Positions 1 through 9,386 of a stretch of 61,077 bases of DNA are shown here, piece by piece. Position 1 is the first letter of the stretch; each line of letters starts with the position of its first letter. Origin of the DNA: a virus (taxonomy: Duplodnaviria; Caudoviricetes); the IMG/VR virus record IMGVR_UViG_3300030098_000471, positions 1 through 61,077 of that record; one strand, written 5' to 3'. The notes under the pieces are model-generated. The model saw only the letters and a list, made by a program, of their open reading frames with translations. It ran no database searches and was not told the DNA's origin. A program made the translations under genes and the position numbers.

Positions 1-451
1 AACTTTTGGCCTTTCAACACATTTTCCTGTTTTTATTTCTGCATTAACTGAACTATTAACTATAGCTTTTACCTGTGTTTTATAAATTTCACATTGATAT
101 TTTTCTGGAAATGGGCCTATTACAGCTTTTTCTTCCACAGGTATATTCATAGGAGAAAGTGTAAGAAAAGCTATGACTGATACATAATAAAACATTTAAA
201 TTAAACTTTCTCTTTCTATCATTTCTTTCCAATTTTTTTTAATAGTTTCTGTCCATAAAGCATTAGCTATTGACTGTACTGATGCGTCTTCTCCACTTAT
301 ATCTGTATCTGTATGTACCCAACTACCATCAGAATTTTTAACAGATGAATATGGAACAATAGAATGTCTATGTGGAACTCTTGAAATTTCAACACTATCT
401 TCTTTAACAATAGTATCTACTCTTACAGATATTGCTCCGCTAGTTGGATTT
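1..451. repeat. Terminal direct repeat / circular overlap, copy 1
   Basis: 1-451 aligns without gaps to 60627-61077; 11 substitutions counted by eye, all transitions. Confidence 0.95.
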
Positions 452-492
452 GAATCAATTTGAAAAATTTCAGTTTCTTTTGTAATAGCCAT
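196..492 (-). CDS. Small tail-fibre-associated protein
   Basis: 98-aa ORF directly downstream of the tail fibre gene; function inferred from position. Confidence 0.6.
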   Translation of the reverse strand: MAITKETEIFQIDSNPTSGAISVRVDTIVKEDSVEISRVPHRHSIVPYSSVKNSDGSWVHTDTDISGEDASVQSIANALWTETIKKNWKEMIERESLI

Positions 493-503
493 ATTATTAT
501 TTC

Positions 504-3311
504 CTAAGTTTTATATATTCCACTAAAGTATAACCACATTGCACCAGTTGCGTTATGTTGAGTTTCTGACCATCCTGCTGCTGTTTTTGATTGGTAGAAA
601 GCTACATCACTTGCTTGAAAAAATGGAGAGATATTTGTTGTTCCACTCGCTATGGTTGCTCCGGTATGAACCGACATATTTCCACTCATCTGGTTGGCCG
701 GGCTGGGTGTGAAAGGTAATCCTGTAATTCTAATACCTCCAGCAGCCCCTGTGGTATTCACACCAGCAAAAGCAGCAGTAACATAAACAAGATTACCTAT
801 TTTAGTATAATTACCTGTAACTGTAACAGCACTACTTGGATCTGATGTACTTCCTTCTAATGCTGCAGTCCAAGTGCCTTCTTCATAATCATCGAGAAGA
901 TTAGCTGCTGTGGCTGATGTAACTCCTAAATATACACCTTTATTTGCAGTTCCAAAAAATAGGTTACCACCAGTAATTTCAATATCACTTTGACCTGTTG
1001 CAACTTCTAACACTGCAGTGTCGTCGTCTCGTTTTAAAGTTATGTCATTTGTCGAGCCTTGTCCTGTAATTATAATTCCTTCTGTACTTGTGTAACCTAT
1101 TGCTGCATCATCACCTGATGCTGTATCACCAGTTACATTAAGTGTACCACTTGCAATTATATCTCCTGCTACTGATACACCTGTTCCTATAGTTTTTAAT
1201 CTGGCAGTATTATCATTGTATAATTCAACAGCACCATCAGTAGTAAAAGTTGCTTTAGTTTCTGAACCATCTGAGTTTTGAATATATAATGTATTATCTC
1301 CCCTAATATATAAATCTCCAGAACCAGAATCATCAATAAAACTATTATTTCCATTATGATAAATTTTTAAATCATCACTTGTACCTAATTTAATTTGGTC
1401 ATTATCTTGCATATCAAGATCATTATTAAGAGTCATTACTCCTGCAACAGATACAGTACTTTGTAAATGTGTAGCCCCTACAACTGTTACAGTAGATGCA
1501 AAGTGTGAAGCCCCACCTACACTCAATGTTGATGCTAGGCTAACTGCACCTGTTACACTCAGAGTTCCACCTACTGATACATTTCCACCTACAGCTAAGT
1601 TACCTGATACAGATACATCACCATCGTAGGTAATCCCACCTGCAGCAAAAAATGTACCACCTACTGATACATTACCAGCTACATCTAAATTACCACTTAC
1701 AGATACACTATCTTCAAAGATTGCTGAACCAGCTATTGTTACTGTAGAATTAAGTTGTGTTGCTCCACCTACAACTAATGCACCAGAAACTGATACATCA
1801 TCTTCAAACTCTGCTTTACCTGTAATATTACTTGTACCACCTACTGATACATTACCAGCTACATCTAAAGTTGACCCTAAACTTGTAGCTCCTGCTATAG
1901 TTGTAGTACCACCAATGTTTACATTGCCTGATACTGATACACTATCTTTAAATGTTCCAGCACCTGCTACTGTTACTGTTGATAGAAAACTAGATGCACC
2001 ACCTACACTTAATGTTGATGCTAAACTTACTGCACCTCCTATAGTTGTAGTACCACCAATATTTACATTGCCTGATACTGATACATCATCTTCAAACTCT
2101 GCTTTACCTGTAATATTACTTGTACCACCTATAGATGTATTACCTGTAACATCTAATGTACCACCTACTGTTACATTGCTCTTCAAAGCTGCTGCACCTA
2201 CTACCGTTACAGTAGAAGCAAAAGTAGCTGCACCTCCTACTGAAGCAGTGCTTTGTAAATGAGTAGCACCTACAATAGTTGTAGTTCCTCCTACTATTAA
2301 ATTACCTGATACAGAGACATCATCTTCAAATTCTGCTTTACCTGTAATATTACTTGTACCACCTACTGATACATTGCCACTTGCTGCTAAGTTACCACTT
2401 ACAGATACACCATCATTAAATACAGCACTACCTACAAAGTTAGATGTTCCACTAACAGATAATAAACCACCTACATGTACAAATCCAGATACAGATACAT
2501 TATCAACAATACCAACAGAAGCTGCTACATTAGTTAGATTTGAACCATCACCATAATAGTAAGCTGCTGTTACATTACCACCTATACAAGCATTACCACC
2601 TATAATAATATTACCACTTACCGATACATCATCTTCAAAGGTAGCTTTACCTACAGCTTTAAGTAGACCACCAACACAAGCAGATGTTGCTACATCAAGT
2701 CTTCCACTTACTGATACATCATTTTTAAACTCTGCTTTACCAGTAAATGTAGAAGCACCAAGAGCTTTAAATGTACCACTTACTGATACATTATTATCAA
2801 ATGTAGCAGCACCTTCTACTGTAACTGTAGACTTAAATGTAGCTGCACCAACAGCCGTTACAGTGCTTTGAAGCTGTGTTGCTCCTGATACTGTTACTGT
2901 AGAACCAAACTGTGCAGCACCACCAACTGATACAGCAGCTTGTAAATGTGTAGCTCCTACAATAGTTGTAGTACCACTAACATATAGATTACCACCTACT
3001 GTTGCATTACTTACTGATATATTACCTGCAATTGTAGCAGTAACACCTGTAATATTAGAACCATCTCCATAGAATGCAGATGCACAAACTTTATCATCAA
3101 CATGAAGATTACCATCAAGAGATGTGTCTCCTGTTACAGCAAGAGTTCCTGTAAACTTGGCTGCACCAGTAGCAAGTTGGAAAGAACTATCAGTGCCATC
3201 ACCAGTTTCAATAGTAGTCAAGCCAGCACTAACACCACTATTAGTACTTACTCCTAATCTAAGGAGTTGCTTATAAGTATTTGATATTAATTTTCCTGTT
3301 AATTCTGTCAT
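504..3311 (-). CDS. Long tail fibre with beta-solenoid repeats
   Basis: Many VSVSG-NxxVGG and GKAEFEDDVSVSG repeats; C-terminal LLDDYEEGTWT motif typical of phage tail fibres; start at 3311 overlaps the upstream stop (ATGA). Confidence 0.85.
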   Translation of the reverse strand: MTELTGKLISNTYKQLLRLGVSTNSGVSAGLTTIETGDGTDSSFQLATGAAKFTGTLAVTGDTSLDGNLHVDDKVCASAFYGDGSNITGVTATIAGNISVSNATVGGNLYVSGTTTIVGATHLQAAVSVGGAAQFGSTVTVSGATQLQSTVTAVGAATFKSTVTVEGAATFDNNVSVSGTFKALGASTFTGKAEFKNDVSVSGRLDVATSACVGGLLKAVGKATFEDDVSVSGNIIIGGNACIGGNVTAAYYYGDGSNLTNVAASVGIVDNVSVSGFVHVGGLLSVSGTSNFVGSAVFNDGVSVSGNLAASGNVSVGGTSNITGKAEFEDDVSVSGNLIVGGTTTIVGATHLQSTASVGGAATFASTVTVVGAAALKSNVTVGGTLDVTGNTSIGGTSNITGKAEFEDDVSVSGNVNIGGTTTIGGAVSLASTLSVGGASSFLSTVTVAGAGTFKDSVSVSGNVNIGGTTTIAGATSLGSTLDVAGNVSVGGTSNITGKAEFEDDVSVSGALVVGGATQLNSTVTIAGSAIFEDSVSVSGNLDVAGNVSVGGTFFAAGGITYDGDVSVSGNLAVGGNVSVGGTLSVTGAVSLASTLSVGGASHFASTVTVVGATHLQSTVSVAGVMTLNNDLDMQDNDQIKLGTSDDLKIYHNGNNSFIDDSGSGDLYIRGDNTLYIQNSDGSETKATFTTDGAVELYNDNTARLKTIGTGVSVAGDIIASGTLNVTGDTASGDDAAIGYTSTEGIIITGQGSTNDITLKRDDDTAVLEVATGQSDIEITGGNLFFGTANKGVYLGVTSATAANLLDDYEEGTWTAALEGSTSDPSSAVTVTGNYTKIGNLVYVTAAFAGVNTTGAAGGIRITGLPFTPSPANQMSGNMSVHTGATIASGTTNISPFFQASDVAFYQSKTAAGWSETQHNATGAMWLYFSGIYKT

Positions 3312-3583
3312 ATTGTATTCCACCAGTTGTCAGTGTCTTCCCATTTGGTTGTTGCTTGTTGCCATGTAAGACCTCTACCACCATCATCAGGTCTTGGGTC
3401 ACGTATAGCAGGGTTATCTCGTACATCGGGTACTTTATTTTGTGGGTGATTTTCTAAGTCATACTGTCCTTCAAAACAATCTGGACATGTTATCATGTGA
3501 TAACTATTTAAACGCATTACTCTATGTGGATATACAAATCCACATGTATCACACATTGCTAATGCATTTTTATTACTTGCCAT
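3308..3583 (-). CDS. Small CxxC...CxxC (Zn-binding) protein of the virion module
   Basis: CDTCG and CPDC motifs; coupled to neighbouring genes. Confidence 0.7.
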   Translation of the reverse strand: MASNKNALAMCDTCGFVYPHRVMRLNSYHMITCPDCFEGQYDLENHPQNKVPDVRDNPAIRDPRPDDGGRGLTWQQATTKWEDTDNWWNTI

Positions 3584-4257
3584 TATACATACCTTAATTT
3601 TGGAACAACCTTCATAGTTGCTCTTTCTCTATCTTCCTGCATAGCTCTTGCAAGTGTTTCTTCATAGTTTGTTTTTAACATTGTTATTCTACCAGCTTCT
3701 ACACCCGGACGTTTCATTGACATGTAATATGCTAGGCCACATGTAAGACAAGGTAAAAACCTTTTAGGTAAATCAGCATTCTGTCCTGCTGACTTATCTA
3801 CGTCTTGTAGTTCACTAATAACTTCTATCTTTATAACATCAGTAGAATTTTCAGGTATAGGCCATAAAGAAAGAACAGGATTAGCTCTACCTCTACGTAT
3901 TGAATACTGAGAAGGTCTTCCTGTCTGTGTTTTGTTTGGTATTAATAAATATTCTTCAGGAGATATACGTTCTAGTTGTAAGTCTGTATCATCTCTATTG
4001 AGTACAACTTCAAGAGCATCTACTGTAGAAGAAGATAAATCATAGGCTGTCGTGCTTGCAGCAACAGTTACAGAAGAAACAGAAGTACTCCAGAGAAGAA
4101 CACCTCTATTTTGCCAATCCTTTAACATAAGATTTATAGAACGTCTAGCAGATGCAGGTTCATGACCAAGGGTTTGCTCTCCCCCAATCATTTCCATTGC
4201 TTCCTGTATTACTTCATCTATGTCAAGATTAAAATTATATGTACCTGATACTGCCAT
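3583..4257 (-). CDS. Putative head-tail adaptor / tail tubular protein
   Basis: MAVSGTYNFNLDIDEVIQEA start, GRPSQY and LWPIP motifs resemble podovirus adaptor proteins; position in structural arm. Confidence 0.65.
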   Translation of the reverse strand: MAVSGTYNFNLDIDEVIQEAMEMIGGEQTLGHEPASARRSINLMLKDWQNRGVLLWSTSVSSVTVAASTTAYDLSSSTVDALEVVLNRDDTDLQLERISPEEYLLIPNKTQTGRPSQYSIRRGRANPVLSLWPIPENSTDVIKIEVISELQDVDKSAGQNADLPKRFLPCLTCGLAYYMSMKRPGVEAGRITMLKTNYEETLARAMQEDRERATMKVVPKLRYV

Positions 4258-4637
4258 TATTTCCTATACCTTGCTGTTTTCTTAGCTATTCTTTTTGGCT
4301 GCTTCACGAACTGCTTCCCTGCAGCAGTCCCTTTTCTCTTTGCTCTGGTGGTCGCTGCATATTCCTTTGAGGATAATGCCTTGATTGCTTTTGTTGGAAG
4401 ATACCGTTCTCCTGTCTTGCTGCTTGGTTTGCCTGACTTGGTTCTCCATTTTTGTTTACTCCATTTAGAAAGTTTATTACTTGGTTTTTTCTTACCTGAG
4501 TAAGTACCACCAGCATCTTTATAATACTTAGTTGCTAGTTGCATTGCCCTTGCTGAATGTTTACCACCCATCTTAGCCTTGGCTCGAGCTTTAGCAGCAG
4601 CCCATTTCTTAGGGTCACGCTTCTTGGCTATTGCCAT
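4257..4637 (-). CDS. Highly basic Lys/Arg-rich protein (DUF5872-like)
   Basis: HSARAMQLA and KWRTKSGKPSSKTGERYLP motifs; very basic. Confidence 0.65.
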   Translation of the reverse strand: MAIAKKRDPKKWAAAKARAKAKMGGKHSARAMQLATKYYKDAGGTYSGKKKPSNKLSKWSKQKWRTKSGKPSSKTGERYLPTKAIKALSSKEYAATTRAKRKGTAAGKQFVKQPKRIAKKTARYRK

Positions 4638-4807
4638 TATCGTCCTACTTTCTTCATTGCCTCTTTATGAGCAGCACCAAAAGTTTTTCCTTTTCGCATT
4701 GCTGCTTTCATACTAGCCATATGTTTAACAGTATGATGTTTAGCATGTCTTTGTAGAGTTTGCTTTTGTCTCATTGTAAGAGGTTTAGAAGTTGTTTTCT
4801 TAGGCAT
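4637..4807 (-). CDS. Small basic protein
   Basis: GGAGG RBS; start and stop overlap both neighbours. Confidence 0.6.
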   Translation of the reverse strand: MPKKTTSKPLTMRQKQTLQRHAKHHTVKHMASMKAAMRKGKTFGAAHKEAMKKVGR

Positions 4808-5109
4808 TAACACCTCCACCTTTTTCTAGCTTGTCTTAATCTACTGTTAGGATTCTTAGCAGCCTTGGGAAACTTCTTCATTTGCCCTGCTGATCTAGCA
4901 CAATATGATTTACGTCTTGCTGCACGTTTACCAGTAGGTTTTTTTTCAGTAACAGCAGTCTTTAATTTAGAACCGGGATTTTTACGTCTATATGCAGCTA
5001 CACCTTTCTTGGTCATACCAGCACCAGACTTGGTAGGACGTTTATGACCACCACCTATGGTCAGTCCTTTCATACCTGTCCCTTTTCTTTTTGTTTTACG
5101 TGCCGCCAC
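4807..5109 (-). CDS. Highly basic protein (DUF6321-like)
   Basis: GMTKKGVAAYRRKNPGSKLK...RRKSYCARS...RKRWRC. Confidence 0.65.
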   Translation of the reverse strand: MAARKTKRKGTGMKGLTIGGGHKRPTKSGAGMTKKGVAAYRRKNPGSKLKTAVTEKKPTGKRAARRKSYCARSAGQMKKFPKAAKNPNSRLRQARKRWRC

Positions 5110-6359
5110 TATATTGCTCTTGGTTCATAATTATAAGGATTCCGTTCTGTTATAGAACCCCCTTTTTTAAAAGGGATTATTTTATCTCCTTTAGTTTTAA
5201 CCACCATTGGTGTTTTTGGTTTTTTAGTTTTACCCGTCTTATCAGCTAAAGCATCTTCTATCATTTTTTTTTCTTTTTTAAAGTCAGATGGTTTAGCTCT
5301 TATTGCTCCTCTAGCAAATACAAGAGGACCAACTTGTATAACTTCTTCAGCACTTTTTAAAGGTGATCCTGATAATTTATTATAAAAATAACTTGTTCTA
5401 TAGGGATTCATACCAACTTGTACCCATTCACTTTTATCTTTAGGATCAATATATTTATTACCCTTTTTATTGGCTAAAATTCTTTCTGCTCTTTTAGCCG
5501 TTAAACTATCATCTACATTTTTCCAATCACCATGTATTCTAGCAATCGTTCCTTTATTTGCTCCACCTTTTGCTTTTGTTTTTGCTATATTTAATGCTCC
5601 TTTTGCAGCAGATTTAAATTCTACATTATTAAGTGTTGCTGTTTTACCATATCCTATGGCTTTTCCACCATCTTTTATTCCATCATGTATAGATACAACC
5701 CACTGATTATAATTATCATATGCTGGTATATCTAGACGAGAAGCAACTCTTGTTCCATTTTTTAGTTTTTTATTTAAATTTATAATACCTGTTTCAACTT
5801 GAGGTTTTTTTAAAGCACCTATTATATTTTCAAAAGAAGGAACTTCAACCATGTTTTCTATTGGTTTAATAGGTAAATCTCTTTTTACAATATTTCTAAA
5901 TTCTTTAGAAGTAATTTCTCCTTTGTCTAGTTTTACAGCAGCTTCACTAACTGAATCTTTTTGTTTTTGTTTGTTTGCTAATTTATTTTCAGCTTTCCAA
6001 GCAGCTTGATACTCATCTAAATTATTAAGCAAAGAACGTAAACCCTTATATCCACTTTTTCCTATTGTATAACCAGCAACAGTTCCACCCGGACCGCCAA
6101 TACTACCAGCAAGTCCTCCAATAAGTCCTAATAGTTCCGCAAGAACATCTGCACCACCTTCACTACCACGTTTACGAACACCAGTAACAAAACCTGAACC
6201 GGGAAGCATTTCTGCAATAGGTTTAACAACACTTGCTGCTCCTTCTAAACTTTGAAGTCCTACCTCTGGTAATTTTCTTGCAGGTAAAGTAGGTTCAGAA
6301 GTTCCAACTTCAGCAGGTGGCATATAATCAAGTGGTATATTAATACGTCCTCTAGCCAT
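5109..6359 (-). CDS. Putative virion cargo protein with Gly-rich hydrophobic segment and C-terminal GG-ERNPY tag
   Basis: 416-aa ORF; C-terminus FKKGGSITERNPYNYEPRAI resembles that of 46395..48212. Confidence 0.7.
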   Translation of the reverse strand: MARGRINIPLDYMPPAEVGTSEPTLPARKLPEVGLQSLEGAASVVKPIAEMLPGSGFVTGVRKRGSEGGADVLAELLGLIGGLAGSIGGPGGTVAGYTIGKSGYKGLRSLLNNLDEYQAAWKAENKLANKQKQKDSVSEAAVKLDKGEITSKEFRNIVKRDLPIKPIENMVEVPSFENIIGALKKPQVETGIINLNKKLKNGTRVASRLDIPAYDNYNQWVVSIHDGIKDGGKAIGYGKTATLNNVEFKSAAKGALNIAKTKAKGGANKGTIARIHGDWKNVDDSLTAKRAERILANKKGNKYIDPKDKSEWVQVGMNPYRTSYFYNKLSGSPLKSAEEVIQVGPLVFARGAIRAKPSDFKKEKKMIEDALADKTGKTKKPKTPMVVKTKGDKIIPFKKGGSITERNPYNYEPRAI

Positions 6360-6373
6360 TTTAATCTTTCATG

Positions 6374-6571
6374 TTACTTTTTCTGCGCTTTGCTGCCATA
6401 AGTATACTTATACTTTTCTTTTAAATAATGCGTAAGTTCTTTCCAATATTCATCAAAACAATCAAAATCTTCTTTTAAAGGTTTAACACAACTATGGTCT
6501 ACTAAACTATAATCATCTTCTCCTGCTTCTACAGATTGTTTATATCGTTTTAAAAACTCTGCACCGATCAT
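6374..6571 (-). CDS. Hypothetical protein
   Basis: ATG at 6571 overlaps the upstream stop. Confidence 0.5.
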   Translation of the reverse strand: MIGAEFLKRYKQSVEAGEDDYSLVDHSCVKPLKEDFDCFDEYWKELTHYLKEKYKYTYGSKAQKK

Positions 6572-7002
6572 TAAAATCCTCTGAGTGCGGCTCCTTGACC
6601 ACGAAGACAAATACGTTTCTTTGATTTAGTTTTCTTTTTCTTCATCTTCTTTTTAATGCTACCACCCTTTTTCAAATCATATCCTTCTATATAATTATCA
6701 AGGGGTATCTCAGCATCTGCAAAAGCTTCTTCAGTACCTACTATATCTCCAGTGACACTTTTAAAAATTTTATTATCAAGTCCGGGCATCTCCTTTTTCT
6801 TACCAAATGCACCAGCTAAAGCTTTACCAAATTTAGCTATAGAATCACTTTGTTTTCTTTTTCTAAACTTAGGAGAAACTCCTGTACGAACTTTACCTAT
6901 ATCTGGTATTTTTAAAGGTGCTTGTCTTCTAGCTTTAGATAATAATTTCTTTTTTCTATAATCAAAAGAACGTCTTTTATTTTTAGATTTAGGTTCAAGC
7001 AT
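6571..7002 (-). CDS. Basic protein with KKGG motif
   Basis: 143-aa Lys-rich ORF ending RGQGAALRGF. Confidence 0.6.
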   Translation of the reverse strand: MLEPKSKNKRRSFDYRKKKLLSKARRQAPLKIPDIGKVRTGVSPKFRKRKQSDSIAKFGKALAGAFGKKKEMPGLDNKIFKSVTGDIVGTEEAFADAEIPLDNYIEGYDLKKGGSIKKKMKKKKTKSKKRICLRGQGAALRGF

Positions 7003-7004
7003 AA

Positions 7005-7181
7005 TTAACTTTCTACTTTAAAAGCTTTACCTTGTTCATAATCTTCATCAACCACAACATCTTGGGGTGGACCTTTTACATCTGGTCCTTTTCGTGCTGC
7101 CCCATACCCTTGTCCTGTAGGTCTGCCTACAATCTCATCTAGGTTATGAGGACGTTTAATAAGAGTATGGGGTCCAGCCAT
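7005..7181 (-). CDS. Small hypothetical protein (MAGPHTLIKR...)
   Basis: AGGAG RBS before ATG 7181; GQGYGAARKG motif. Confidence 0.55.
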   Translation of the reverse strand: MAGPHTLIKRPHNLDEIVGRPTGQGYGAARKGPDVKGPPQDVVVDEDYEQGKAFKVES

Positions 7182-7182
7182 T

Positions 7183-7338
7183 TTATTTCTCCTTCTTATA
7201 TTTTCTATAGATAAACCATGCACCTATACAAATAGCTGCAATAATTGCTATACCTATTCCAAGACTACTATCTTCTTGTACAGGTTTTGTTTCTACTTTA
7301 GCAGGTTGTTCTACAACTGCTACGGTTTTCTTATCCAT
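7183..7338 (-). CDS. 51-aa single-TM membrane protein (not in ORF track)
   Basis: Translated by hand: MDKKTVAVVEQPAKVETKPVQEDSSLGIGIAIIAAICIGAWFIYRKYKKEK; GAGGAG RBS; fills the gap between neighbours. Confidence 0.7.
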   Translation of the reverse strand: MDKKTVAVVEQPAKVETKPVQEDSSLGIGIAIIAAICIGAWFIYRKYKKEK

Positions 7339-7556
7339 TATGATCTCCTCTTTCTACCTTTCTTTGCCATTGCTGCCATTTTCTTAGGACCATATTTTTT
7401 ACGACCTATAAATGCTGCAAGAGCTTTAGGATTTTTTGCTCCACGTTTCTTTAGTTTCGTTGTCAGGGCTTTGAATCTAGCCCCACTCCCTAGTTTTGGT
7501 TTACGTTTCTTTGGTGACTTCATGATCTGTTGTCCAGCACTAGACCTATTAATCAT
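7338..7556 (-). CDS. Small basic protein
   Basis: KLGSGARFKAL...NPKALAAFIGRKKYG; very basic. Confidence 0.65.
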   Translation of the reverse strand: MINRSSAGQQIMKSPKKRKPKLGSGARFKALTTKLKKRGAKNPKALAAFIGRKKYGPKKMAAMAKKGRKRRS

Positions 7557-8304
7557 AACTATTATCGACTACCTGACCACCCGTCATACGATAAGTAATG
7601 GGTCCACCTTTTTTATAACCTTTTATTCTACCACCTGATTTTAATTTATCTATTACACTATAATCTACTGTTACAGAACTATCACTTTTTCCTTCTTTAG
7701 GTTTTTTTAATCTTATAGGTTTCTTTTTAGGAAGCGGTGCTTTTGTTGCTTTCTTTTTCTGAACTTTCTTTAAAATTGCTTTTCTACGATCAGCTTCAGT
7801 TTGACGTTTATCACCTAAAGAAGGTGCTTTTTTTGATTTCTTTTTAGAATCATACATACTATTAACAAGTACACTACCTCCTACTCCAACTCCTGTTCCA
7901 ACGGCAAAACCTTCTGCTCGTCTTTTTTTAGTATAATCAGCAACTCTTTTTCTTCCTATTATAGCACTTTGATTTGTTCTGCCTCCTGAAGTAACACCCG
8001 GCGCACCCTTTGGTCCTTGATCTGGACTATAATGTAAAGCTTTATCAACTCCTCTTTTAACTTTTTCTTTACCTTTTCCAGCAGCTTTCATTGCTGCTTT
8101 CATTCCTGCTTTAATAGTTTTTACACCTTTTGCTATTGCTGGTATAGCTTTAGAAGCTGCACCTCCAATTGGAATAGCCCCTGCTGCTAAACCCATAGCA
8201 GTATAGCCAACACCACCTTTAGATTTTTTACGTTGTTTTTCAACTTTAGGCTCTCTTTTTTCAGCACTGGCTTTAGCAGTTTTTAAACCTTTTTTCATTG
8301 TCAT
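7549..8304 (-). CDS. Basic protein with hydrophobic Gly-rich segments and three C-terminal xxGG motifs
   Basis: LKSGG, YKKGG and RMTGG near the C-terminus. Confidence 0.65.
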   Translation of the reverse strand: MTMKKGLKTAKASAEKREPKVEKQRKKSKGGVGYTAMGLAAGAIPIGGAASKAIPAIAKGVKTIKAGMKAAMKAAGKGKEKVKRGVDKALHYSPDQGPKGAPGVTSGGRTNQSAIIGRKRVADYTKKRRAEGFAVGTGVGVGGSVLVNSMYDSKKKSKKAPSLGDKRQTEADRRKAILKKVQKKKATKAPLPKKKPIRLKKPKEGKSDSSVTVDYSVIDKLKSGGRIKGYKKGGPITYRMTGGQVVDNSYD

Positions 8305-8981
8305 TATAATGATCCTTGTTGTAAAGTATCAGGACCACCAGCAGGTGATGCAGCAACTGCCATATCATCTTGTCGTGTCCTTCTAGCTTGGTTTCTAAGT
8401 GTAGTAACTGCTGCTTGATATTGTGATTGCCATGCAGTAATATTACTCCAATCTTTCATATACATTGTTGCTTCTATCATTGTTGCATAGAATAAAGCAT
8501 CATAACAATAGTTACTAAAATAATTTTGTGTTGTAACACTTGTTCCTGTAGCCGAAGCAAGAGCTAAAGGTTGTGAAGCTGTTTGTATTTCTCCTGTTAC
8601 AGTAGAAGCAGGAGTTGGTACAATAAATATAGAAGTGTTATTCTTACGTGCGTAGTAACGAGGTGTACCTGTAGAAGCACTTACAGGCCAGTAGTCATTA
8701 CAATATTCAATTGTTCTTTGTAACAGATTTGTTTTAATACTAGAGGCACTGGTCGTAAAGTTTACATTACGAACTATACGTACCCTATCTCCAAGACTTA
8801 CAACTGCATTACCAGCCGTAAGCGTAATAGCAGTATACTCATCCAGACCAGCATCATCAATGTCTTTGGTCAGGCGTATTTCTGCCCTGCTAATGAAATT
8901 AGGTATCTCATTAGTAAATTCTGTGCCATCATTTTCAGTCGTATTAATAATGGCTGATTTTAAATCTGCATAGGTTGCCAT
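8304..8981 (-). CDS. Putative head-tail connector / virion structural protein
   Basis: MATYADLKSAI start, TGTPRYYA and IVPTP motifs resemble adaptor-like proteins; downstream of MCP. Confidence 0.65.
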   Translation of the reverse strand: MATYADLKSAIINTTENDGTEFTNEIPNFISRAEIRLTKDIDDAGLDEYTAITLTAGNAVVSLGDRVRIVRNVNFTTSASSIKTNLLQRTIEYCNDYWPVSASTGTPRYYARKNNTSIFIVPTPASTVTGEIQTASQPLALASATGTSVTTQNYFSNYCYDALFYATMIEATMYMKDWSNITAWQSQYQAAVTTLRNQARRTRQDDMAVAASPAGGPDTLQQGSL

Positions 8982-8983
8982 GA

Positions 8984-9325
8984 TTAACCTACGAATGCAG
9001 TTAATACACATCCATCAGTAGGACCAGATACACTCACAACACCATAAACAGGAACACCAAGTTCCCCCATATAAATGTCAGTTGCTTCATTGGCAGCTAC
9101 CTGAAATTTAATTGCAGTACCTTCTGCTGTTTTATTGGTAATCTGCCTTTGCCCTTTAATTGAATAAGAACCAGCAGCACTTGCTACAGCATGTACAGCT
9201 AAAATACGAGTTGTTGTAGGCTGTGGGCTATCACCAGCACCATTACTTCCTACAGTTGTATCATCTTCTACATATGTAAGAACTGCATCACCTGTTGCAA
9301 TTCCAACTTTAATATTTGTTGTCAT
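8984..9325 (-). CDS. Small beta-rich virion protein
   Basis: TAAGGAG RBS; follows MCP. Confidence 0.6.
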   Translation of the reverse strand: MTTNIKVGIATGDAVLTYVEDDTTVGSNGAGDSPQPTTTRILAVHAVASAAGSYSIKGQRQITNKTAEGTAIKFQVAANEATDIYMGELGVPVYGVVSVSGPTDGCVLTAFVG

Positions 9326-9344
9326 GATATCTCCTTATAAGTAT

Positions 9345-9373
9345 GAGAGGAGTAGCACTTGACTACCCCTCTC
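9345..9373 (-). terminator. Stem-loop downstream of MCP (weak terminator or mRNA-stabilising hairpin)
   Basis: GAGAGGGGTAG-loop-CTACTCCTCTC on the - strand; no clear U tract. Confidence 0.5.
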
Positions 9374-9386
9374 TACTATAGTTGCA

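Noticed and set aside
1-451. Diversity-generating retroelement TR/VR pair (imperfect repeat near tail genes)
   Set aside because: No reverse transcriptase ORF; differences are transitions in both directions, not adenine-specific; the copies are exactly the contig ends
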